From a virus: a DNA stretch of 64,000 nucleotides. A program made the translations under genes and the position numbers. Positions 56,649 through 64,000 of the stretch are shown in pieces. The notes under the pieces are model-generated. The model was not told where the DNA came from. It did not search any database and saw only the letters and a program-made list of their open reading frames with translations. The DNA is taken from positions 14,423-78,422 of the IMG/VR virus record IMGVR_UViG_3300021171_000008; one strand, 5' to 3'. Position 1 is the first letter of the stretch. Each line of letters starts with the position of its first letter.

Positions 56649-57340
56649 CCGAGCCGAGCAATACCAGCGGGACGTACAACTTCTTTCCCTCGCTGGGCGA
56701 GGTCGTGCTCAACGCATGTTCTCGAATACGCCTACGCGGTCCAATGCTCTTGGCAGAACATCTCCACATGGCGTGGATGGAGGCCAACCTGATGCAATCA
56801 GAGTGGTCGAATCGAGGCCCAAATTTGTGGCGGGTCCACGAACAGGTGTTCGATATCGGCCCCGATTTCGCGACCTACTCGCTCCCCTCGACGGACATCA
56901 CCGTGCTCAACGTCACGATCGGCACGGGCGATCCGCCCAACGAACAGGAACTGACGATCACGCCGATGACGCGGCAGGAATACACGATGCAGCCCAACAA
57001 ATACACGCAAGGGCGACCGACCTCGTTCTGGTACGACCGCACCATCTCGCCGTCGATCACCTTCTGGCCCTGGCCGAATCAGGGCTACCACTGCCACGTC
57101 TGGAGCTTCGGGCAGCAGCAGGACGCGCAGCTGCGCGGGAACATGCAGCTCGAAATTCCGTACCGCTGGCTTGACGCCGCCTGCGCTGGTCTCGCGGCGC
57201 GCCTCGCCGTTCACTACGCGCAGGATCTTGAAGTGACGCGCGCGGCGATGGCGAAGCAGGCCTACGATTACGCCGCGACCCAAGACACTGAGAGCGGATC
57301 TGTCTACCTGCTTCCGATGCTGGACGGGTATTACTCATGA
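56645..57340 (+). CDS. Head-tail adaptor / tail tubular protein A-like
   Basis: TSGTYNF, EWSNRG.NLW, R.EY...PNK...GRP..FW.DR, WP.P and PYRW..A...GLA motifs. Confidence 0.7.
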   Translation: MTEPSNTSGTYNFFPSLGEVVLNACSRIRLRGPMLLAEHLHMAWMEANLMQSEWSNRGPNLWRVHEQVFDIGPDFATYSLPSTDITVLNVTIGTGDPPNEQELTITPMTRQEYTMQPNKYTQGRPTSFWYDRTISPSITFWPWPNQGYHCHVWSFGQQQDAQLRGNMQLEIPYRWLDAACAGLAARLAVHYAQDLEVTRAAMAKQAYDYAATQDTESGSVYLLPMLDGYYS

Positions 57341-57355
57341 CCTGAGGGAGGAACG

Positions 57356-58267
57356 ATGATGAAAAGTTGGCTTCTCGCGGCGGTTCTGTTCGCCTCACCG
57401 GCTGCGGCCGAAACGCTGCACTACACCTCGGGCGCCAACATGCCCAACGGCGTTTATGTGCCAGGGCCGATCGGCTTCAACCTCGCCGACGTCTCCAGCG
57501 TCAGCAACCTCAACCGCCTGCCGGAAGGGGTGAAGGGGATGGTCTACGTCCCCAGCAATATCGGCTGCGGCGGAGACACGAGCGCCTTCCGCGCCTTCAT
57601 CGATCCTTATCGCGGCAACGCCAAGCTCTGGGGCTTCTATCTGATCGATGAGCCCTACGTGAAAGGCTATGGCAGTCGAGCGCCATGCCCGCCGGCCAAT
57701 CTGCTAGCCGAGACCAAGTACATCAAACAGGTCATCCCGCACGCCCTCACTTATATGAAAATGGGCAATAGCGCGGGGCAGGCGAACCCGAACTACGACG
57801 ACTACACGCCCACCAACTCAGGCGTCGATGTGTTCGGCGTCGGCTCGTATTTGTGCCGCTCCGACTTTGTCGGCAAGCCGGGGATGGACGGCGGCTGCGA
57901 CTTCTCGATGATCGATCGCTATGTCGACGCGGCGGAGAAGGTCGTTCCGACCGCCAATCTCGCCCCGACCTATCAAGCCTTCGCCGGGTGGAAGACTGAG
58001 ACGGCGGACGGCGTGTTCATCATGCCGACGGTGGCGCAGACGCAAAAGATCCTTGAGGCGTGGAAGCGGCGGTTGCCGAATCCGGTCATGGATCACGCCT
58101 ACGCTTGGGCCTGCCAGGACCGGAGCACCGATTGCCTGTCGCGCGATACCGCGATGCAACAGGTCTACAAGGACTGGTTCGCTGGGCGCGGCATCGAGCC
58201 TGAGCCCGAGCCCGAGCCGCCCTATCCCGAGGGGCCGGAACACCCGTGCGTCCCCTGCTGCAAGTGA
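57356..58267 (+). CDS. Secreted glycoside-hydrolase-like (TIM-barrel-type) protein
   Basis: Signal peptide; LWGFYLIDEP, PTYQAF and YAW motifs. Confidence 0.5.
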   Translation: MMKSWLLAAVLFASPAAAETLHYTSGANMPNGVYVPGPIGFNLADVSSVSNLNRLPEGVKGMVYVPSNIGCGGDTSAFRAFIDPYRGNAKLWGFYLIDEPYVKGYGSRAPCPPANLLAETKYIKQVIPHALTYMKMGNSAGQANPNYDDYTPTNSGVDVFGVGSYLCRSDFVGKPGMDGGCDFSMIDRYVDAAEKVVPTANLAPTYQAFAGWKTETADGVFIMPTVAQTQKILEAWKRRLPNPVMDHAYAWACQDRSTDCLSRDTAMQQVYKDWFAGRGIEPEPEPEPPYPEGPEHPCVPCCK

Positions 58268-58276
58268 GGTGACCCG

Positions 58277-58657
58277 ATGGGCTACGCAAGCCGCTCCGGC
58301 CATGCCGTCACCAATCCTCATGCGCCGAGAGCGTTTGGGGTCTGCGATCGTTGTGGCCGGTGGTGGAACTTGTATCGGCTGACCTATCAATTTGAGTGGA
58401 GCGGAACCAAGCTTCAGAACTTGCGCTTGCGCGTGTGCCTCGAATGCAAAGACAGGCCCCAGCCCCAACTCAAAGCGAAATTAGCGCCGCCTGATCCGGT
58501 GCCCGTTGCGGACCCTCGCCCGGAAAACTTCATCGCCTCGCGCTTCGATCCGTCGCCGATCTCTGGCAACCCGATAGCGACGCAAGAGCGGCCTCCGCCG
58601 CCGTTCCGCCCGCTTGTGACGGAGGGCGATCCGAAAACTCCGATAACGATCGAGTGA
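58277..58657 (+). CDS. Conserved Cys-rich virion-region protein
   Basis: AFGVCDRCG...EW.G....VC..C.D.PQPQL....DP....DPRPE. Confidence 0.6.
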   Translation: MGYASRSGHAVTNPHAPRAFGVCDRCGRWWNLYRLTYQFEWSGTKLQNLRLRVCLECKDRPQPQLKAKLAPPDPVPVADPRPENFIASRFDPSPISGNPIATQERPPPPFRPLVTEGDPKTPITIE

Positions 58658-58660
58658 GCG

Positions 58661-61600
58661 ATGAACAAGCGCGTCTTCATCCCTGATCCGAGCCAGCCGT
58701 CATCGCCGATCCCCGGCGTGCCGGGGCCTGCCCAATGGGCGCCGAGCCAAGTCCCGGTCAACCTCACGCCGATTACCGATCTGCCGCAGGGCAGTCCGCC
58801 GCTCGGCCCGGAATGGGTGCCGATCGTTCAGGGCGGGATTACGGTTAAGGTGCCGGCCAGTCAGGTCGCGGCCATAGGCGCGCTGCCGAGCCCGCTGCCG
58901 GTCGCCATGGGCGGGACCGGCAAGCCCTACGCCACCCCCCTCGCGCTTCAGCTCGGGGGCCTCACCCAGATCACCGACATGCCGCTCGGCACGAGCGGGC
59001 AGCTTCTCGTCGGCGAAAACAACGGGCCGCCCAAATGGCTGAGCCCTGGCACTCCTGGCCAGCTGCTCTCGGCGCAGGGGATCGCCAGTGATCCGAGGTG
59101 GGTCGATCCGACTTACCTTCAGGGGATGCCCGGACCTCCGGGGCCGATTGGCCCTCAGGGGCCACAGGGAAGGACAGGGGCCCTAGGGTTTCAGGGTCTG
59201 CCAGGGAACACCGGCCCGAACGGCGTGCAGGGGCCTCCGGGGCCTCCGGCTCAATTTGAGAACCTATTGGGGGCCTTCTCCAACCAGCCGACGACCGCGC
59301 TGCCGACCGATGGCTACATCCCCGCGAACTGGGACGGGCAGAACAACCCGCTGTCGCCGATCCAATTCTATCCCGGCCAAGCCCTTCTCGACACCCGCAC
59401 CAAGCACATCTGGGGCTACGTCAGCACCAAGTGGAACACGATCGCCTGGGTCGACATGGGCGCGGGCGGCGGGCCTCCGGGGCCGCAAGGGCCCGTCGGT
59501 CCCGCAGGGCCGCAAGGGCCGCCAGGGCGGACCGCGATCATCGTCGGATCGTTCGTGAACCAGCCGACTTCGGCGCTGCCCCCTGACGGTTACATTCCAG
59601 CCGACTGGGACGCTCCCGGCAGTCCAGCCGTCTCGTACCAGATGGTCGAGGGCGAGGCGCTCGTCGACGAGAACACCGACGACGTCTGGGTCTACGCTGG
59701 CCTCGCCATCTCCGCGTCCGGCTGGGTCAATCTCGGTCAGGTTCAGGGGCCGCCTGGGCCGCAAGGTGCGCAGGGCGTGCCGGGGCCGATCGGTCCAGCT
59801 CCCCCTGCGGTGTTCGCGCTGTACTATCTTGCGAGCTTCCTCGGCCAGACCGACTTCTACACGACCCAGATCGACCTGTTCGCCAATGATTGGACCCTGA
59901 CTCCGGGCGAAGAGGTGAACGTCTTTCTCAATGGCGTGAAGCTGACGCCGAGCGGCGGCGGTTTCGTCGGCGACTTTTCGGTCGATTTCACGACCTCTCT
60001 CGTCACCCTGGCGCAGGCGGCGCCGGATCAATCGATCATTGAGATCGACATCGCGCCGATCGCGGAGGCGCTTCTCCCGGCGCAAGTGTACATCACCAAG
60101 CTTCAGCCGATCCATCCGGACGGGGTCACGACTCAGTTTCCGCTGCTCGACTTTGCGGGCAATCCGGTTTCTCTGACCAACGCCAATCAGCTCTTCATCG
60201 TGTTCGATGGCGTGAGCCAGGAACCGGGGGTCGATTTCACCCTCGGCTCAGATGCCCGGTCGGTCGTCTTCCAGCCCGCGCCAGCCGCCGACGTGCACTC
60301 GTTCACCGTCTTCATCGGCAACGCGCTCGTCCCCGGCAATACAGTCACCCACGACCTCTCGCTGATCGGCGATGGCACCGTCAGCAATCCGCTCGGCGTG
60401 TTCTTCACCGAGGCCGATGCGAGAGCCGCGTTTGTCGAGGTCGCGGGCGACACCATGACCGGCGTGCTCAATGCTGACGCTGGGATTGAGATGAACGGCG
60501 CGGCGATCACCGGCTTGATGGACCCGGTCAATCCGCAGGACGCGGTGACTAAAATCTACGCCGATGCGATTGACCTCGCCAAGGTCGATAGAGCTGGCGA
60601 CACGATGACTGGCAACCTGACGCTCCCCGCCGTTATCTTCGACAACGGCGGTCCGATTTGGGCCATGGGCACTGTCGGGATGGACTTCGTTATGACGCGA
60701 AGCACGCTCGGCGGCGTTTATATCGACACGGCGCTGACCATCGCCAATCCGCAGCCACCCTATACAGGCAATGCGGAGTTTCAGTTTACCAGCGCGGTCC
60801 TCCTCGATCGTGATCCGCTCGTGCCCAGTCAGGCGACGACGAAAAACTATGTCGACCTCTTGGTGACGGGGGCGCAGCAATTCATCGGCTCGTTCAACGC
60901 CTCGACTGGACAGGCGGACTTCACCACAGCATCCGGCGTCACTCCCAACCCTGGACCGCTGCCGCCCGGATTGCAGATCGGCGACAACTGCTACGTCATT
61001 GTCAGCACTGCGGGTCGGCCGGGTGTAGGGCCGCCGGAAACCCAGGTGCCTGTGGAGGTTGGCGACTGGTGGATCTCGGACGGCACAAGCTGGAATCTGC
61101 TTGCCGTCGGCTCGCCTTCCGCCGTGCTCGCCTCGAACGTCGCCGTCGCACCAAACGCTTTCGGAGCCTCTGACGTTCAGACCGCGCTGAACGCCGCCGA
61201 GACGACAACCACAGGCTTGGAGAACAGCAAGGTCGATCGATCAGGCGACACCATCAGCGGGGCTCTGACCATCAACGGCGTGGTGACCGCGAACTCTGGC
61301 TTGCAAGTTATTGGCTCGAACTTTCAGGTGGTCGGCGGCGTCGCCGTCTGCGCCACGCCACCGGGCCTCCCGGACGAGCTGGTGAACAAGGCTTATGCCG
61401 ATTTGAAGGTGGCGAAGACCGGCGACACGATGACCGGCACGCTGACCCTCGCGAACGGGCTTATCCTCAATCCAAACAGTCCGCCGGTCGCGCCTGCTGG
61501 CATCGACATGAACGGAGGCACGATCGGCAATCTGGCTGATCCGGTGAATCCGCAAGACGCCGCGACCAAGAACTACATCGACACGCAATCGTATGTCCCG

Positions 61601-62656
61601 ATCGCGGGCGGAGTGATGACGGGGCCGCTGGCGATCAACAGCACGCTGACGGTGACGGGCAACTCGTCTCTTAACTCGGTGCAAATGAATGGTATTGTAA
61701 CCGCCAGTGCTGGGATTGTTGTTGGCTCTATTGGCGGTATCGCCCTGAACAGCAGTAAGATTACATCCTGTGGCGGCATAGATTTTGGCAGTCAGACCGC
61801 TACTGGTGTGACTGATCTTTCAAGACATATCAATTTGTATGGTGGCCAGTTTGGCTTTGCGATTACTGGCAGTACGTTGAATTATAATACTCCGTCAGGG
61901 AGTATACATAGTTTTTTGACTGGTGGCGCCCAGAGAATGCAGGTCAATAATGGTGGCGTGCAAGTATCCGGCCAACTGACGATGCAGGGCGGGCGCATCG
62001 ACCTCTACCAGTCGGGCGGCAACTACTACCGCTGGCTCGACTCCACTAGCGCTAACAATCCATCCCCGCTTCCAGTGGTGCTAGCTGTCAATTCCAACGG
62101 TCAAGGCGTTTGCGGGCTTTACGAAATGCATGACGGTTACACGGGTTATGGCGGGGCACAGGGCCAAGTGTATCTTTATAACGGCAACGGCGGCTACGGC
62201 TGGCAATGGTTCATGCACAGCAACGTGGGGCCGTCCACCACGTTCAACGGCACCGTTTACGCTACCGTCAGCCCGCCATCCGACAGCAGACTGAAATCAA
62301 ACATCAGGCGGGTCAATTTCGATGAGGCCGACGCCGCTTTCAAAGCCTTCAACCCGGTGCGCTACAAGCTGAAGCCGACACGGGATCGTAATCCGCTGTC
62401 CGCGACCGGCTACAGCGACCGGCCGATGCCCGATCCCAATCGTCTGCACTGGGGCTTGCTCGCCGACGACGTCGAGATTGGCGCGCCCGATCTGGTGACG
62501 CTCGCGGACTACACCCAGTACCACGATTTGCAAGGCAACTCGGTCGAGAACCCGGAGCCGAACATGATGAAGGCCTACGATCTGGCTGGCGTGGTCGCGA
62601 TCCTGACCGCCAAGATCAAGCAGCTGGAGGCGCGGCTCAAGGAGGCAGGGCTGTGA
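58661..62656 (+). CDS. Tail fibre with collagen-like repeats and C-terminal intramolecular chaperone (peptidase S74)
   Basis: GPQGP repeats, GDTMTG and DAATKNYVD repeats, SDSRLKSNI, WGLLADDV..PDLV and C-terminal coiled coil. Confidence 0.88.
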   Translation: MNKRVFIPDPSQPSSPIPGVPGPAQWAPSQVPVNLTPITDLPQGSPPLGPEWVPIVQGGITVKVPASQVAAIGALPSPLPVAMGGTGKPYATPLALQLGGLTQITDMPLGTSGQLLVGENNGPPKWLSPGTPGQLLSAQGIASDPRWVDPTYLQGMPGPPGPIGPQGPQGRTGALGFQGLPGNTGPNGVQGPPGPPAQFENLLGAFSNQPTTALPTDGYIPANWDGQNNPLSPIQFYPGQALLDTRTKHIWGYVSTKWNTIAWVDMGAGGGPPGPQGPVGPAGPQGPPGRTAIIVGSFVNQPTSALPPDGYIPADWDAPGSPAVSYQMVEGEALVDENTDDVWVYAGLAISASGWVNLGQVQGPPGPQGAQGVPGPIGPAPPAVFALYYLASFLGQTDFYTTQIDLFANDWTLTPGEEVNVFLNGVKLTPSGGGFVGDFSVDFTTSLVTLAQAAPDQSIIEIDIAPIAEALLPAQVYITKLQPIHPDGVTTQFPLLDFAGNPVSLTNANQLFIVFDGVSQEPGVDFTLGSDARSVVFQPAPAADVHSFTVFIGNALVPGNTVTHDLSLIGDGTVSNPLGVFFTEADARAAFVEVAGDTMTGVLNADAGIEMNGAAITGLMDPVNPQDAVTKIYADAIDLAKVDRAGDTMTGNLTLPAVIFDNGGPIWAMGTVGMDFVMTRSTLGGVYIDTALTIANPQPPYTGNAEFQFTSAVLLDRDPLVPSQATTKNYVDLLVTGAQQFIGSFNASTGQADFTTASGVTPNPGPLPPGLQIGDNCYVIVSTAGRPGVGPPETQVPVEVGDWWISDGTSWNLLAVGSPSAVLASNVAVAPNAFGASDVQTALNAAETTTTGLENSKVDRSGDTISGALTINGVVTANSGLQVIGSNFQVVGGVAVCATPPGLPDELVNKAYADLKVAKTGDTMTGTLTLANGLILNPNSPPVAPAGIDMNGGTIGNLADPVNPQDAATKNYIDTQSYVPIAGGVMTGPLAINSTLTVTGNSSLNSVQMNGIVTASAGIVVGSIGGIALNSSKITSCGGIDFGSQTATGVTDLSRHINLYGGQFGFAITGSTLNYNTPSGSIHSFLTGGAQRMQVNNGGVQVSGQLTMQGGRIDLYQSGGNYYRWLDSTSANNPSPLPVVLAVNSNGQGVCGLYEMHDGYTGYGGAQGQVYLYNGNGGYGWQWFMHSNVGPSTTFNGTVYATVSPPSDSRLKSNIRRVNFDEADAAFKAFNPVRYKLKPTRDRNPLSATGYSDRPMPDPNRLHWGLLADDVEIGAPDLVTLADYTQYHDLQGNSVENPEPNMMKAYDLAGVVAILTAKIKQLEARLKEAGL

Positions 62657-63009
62657 CCGATTGGGTGAGCGGCTCGATCTATATCCGCGCCATGGGCGAG
62701 GGCGGCATGGGCCTCAAGCCTGGGGAAGTCGTCGGCGGCCACACTCACAATTTCGATCACACCTCAATCTTCTTCTGCGGCAATTGGCACGTCACGAAAT
62801 GGGAGCCGGGTGGCGCGGTGGCGTTCGATTTCGAGCGCGAAGGACCGTTTTTCGTGCTCATCGAGAAAGACTGCCTGCACGAGTTCACTTTCCTCGGCGG
62901 CGCGCCGGTCGGCCATGCTTGGTGCGTCTACTCGCATCGCTCTCCGCAAGGCGAGGTCTCGCTCGAATACACCGGCTGGCTGCCCGCTTATGAGATGGAG
63001 CCGCCATGA
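62653..63009 (+). CDS. Cupin-like tail-associated protein
   Basis: GHTHNFDH.S and I....HEF motifs. Confidence 0.6.
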   Translation: MTDWVSGSIYIRAMGEGGMGLKPGEVVGGHTHNFDHTSIFFCGNWHVTKWEPGGAVAFDFEREGPFFVLIEKDCLHEFTFLGGAPVGHAWCVYSHRSPQGEVSLEYTGWLPAYEMEPP

Positions 63010-63251
63010 CCACGACCGCGCTCGACCTCGCGCTTTTTCTACCGCCCGCCGCCTCGGCCCCAGCCTCGATCGGCGATGGCATTTTTGTCGCCTCGATCAA
63101 TCCGACCGTCACGGAATGGGCGCCACCTGGGACCGGCCCAGGCGGCGGCATCCCTGACGCGCCGAGCACGGGCGTCACCTTCGGGCGGAATAACGCGACG
63201 TGGGTGCCGGTACTGACAGCGAACTCAGTCATCGATGCGGGAACTTTCTAG
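63006..63251 (+). CDS. Small tail-associated protein
   Basis: GIPDAP..G..FGR.N..W and IDAGTF motifs. Confidence 0.55.
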   Translation: MTTTALDLALFLPPAASAPASIGDGIFVASINPTVTEWAPPGTGPGGGIPDAPSTGVTFGRNNATWVPVLTANSVIDAGTF

Positions 63252-63260
63252 GAGGCGGCC

Positions 63261-64000
63261 ATGGCAATCATCCAGATTCTGCGCAGTCCCACCGCTGGCA
63301 ATCGGCCCCCTGTCGGAACTGCGGCTGGTTCGCCTTACATCAACTTCGCCGATGGGCAGTTCGGCGTTTTCAACGCCGCGCCGGTCGATTTGCTCGCCGT
63401 CCGGTTCTGGCTGAGCACGGCCACTTACGCCGTCAATGACGTCGTGCTTAGCGCGGGCGATCTTTACGTCTGCGTCACCGCGAACACCAACTCTCCGCCG
63501 CCGAGCGTGAACTGGGCGCCCGTGGTGGGCGCCGCGACCGGCGTCGACAGCTTCAACGGCCGACAGGGCGCCGTCGTCCTGACTGTGGCCGATGTGACGG
63601 CGGTTCTCCCCGCCGCCACGGCTCTGCCGCTAATGGATGGCACGGCGGCGATCGGCACGGCGGTCGCCTGGGCGCCGGAGGATCACGTCCACCCGAGCGA
63701 TACGTCCCGGCTCGCCCTGACCGGCGGCGTGATGACGGGCGCGATCACGCTTCTCCCGCCCGTTGCCGGAACCGACGCCGCCAACAAGACCTACGTCGAC
63801 AACTTGATCGCCAATCTCCGGCTGTTCCTGGGGACGTGGGAGGTGGCGAACAACAATCCCGATCTCACCGTCACGGGGGGACTGACGGCGGGCGACTATT
63901 ACATCGCGGTCACCGTCAACCCGACCGTGCCCGAGACGGCGCCAGCAGGCGTTCCTGGCATTGGCGGCCAGCTGATCGCCAACGGCGATATTGTGATCTG
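63261..64000 (+). CDS. Tail fibre-like protein, truncated at the window end
   Basis: AGGAGG RBS; VDSFNGRQGAVVL, APEDHVHP, GG.MTG.I and DAANKTYVD repeats; frame open to 64000. Confidence 0.7.
   Translation, partial: MAIIQILRSPTAGNRPPVGTAAGSPYINFADGQFGVFNAAPVDLLAVRFWLSTATYAVNDVVLSAGDLYVCVTANTNSPPPSVNWAPVVGAATGVDSFNGRQGAVVLTVADVTAVLPAATALPLMDGTAAIGTAVAWAPEDHVHPSDTSRLALTGGVMTGAITLLPPVAGTDAANKTYVDNLIANLRLFLGTWEVANNNPDLTVTGGLTAGDYYIAVTVNPTVPETAPAGVPGIGGQLIANGDIVI

Noticed and set aside
405-62533. Many long antisense/alternate-frame ORFs (e.g. 405-1511, 3225-4382, 22419-23807, 43311-44615, 49175-50668)
   Set aside because: Shadow ORFs expected in high-GC DNA; they overlap better-supported genes and lack motifs or an RBS.
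58661-62656. Diversity-generating retroelement acting on the tail fibre
   Set aside because: No reverse transcriptase and no TR/VR pair seen; the internal duplications are ordinary fibre repeats.

Overview
This is a GC-rich tailed dsDNA phage (podovirus-like head/ejection gene set). The host is probably an alphaproteobacterium, judging from GapR-like, PEPxxWA-CTERM and DUF3309-like genes. The window starts inside the ejection-protein genes and ends inside a tail gene, so it looks like most of a circularly permuted genome. Modules in order: ejection/tail-collar proteins, lysis (M15 peptidase), RecT + YqaJ recombination, Cro/GapR/RuvC/primase/AAA helicase, a leftward early region (SNF2 helicase, ArdC, many small genes, two type II hammerhead ribozymes), a putative ori/pac region, TerS/TerL, an ~8 kb accessory island, then portal, scaffold, major capsid, adaptor and tail fibre. 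The main finding is a stand-alone Cas7/RAMP-like gene (36874-37689) with a partner gene, followed by a non-CRISPR array of GGY-NN pentamers (38193-38462). A second, separately promoted GGY-NN unit lies at 48263-48340 (-). If the variable NN dinucleotides are read as a gapped code (NN-x-NN-x, skipping the codon wobble base), three of five guide units give in-frame near-matches to this phage's own terL, serine recombinase and 48445 genes. The mismatches fall preferentially on synonymous Ser/Arg codon-family swaps. This points to an RNA-guided, non-contiguous DNA-targeting system aimed at related competitor phages, with built-in self-avoidance. All protein calls come from motif recognition by eye; no database searches were run.
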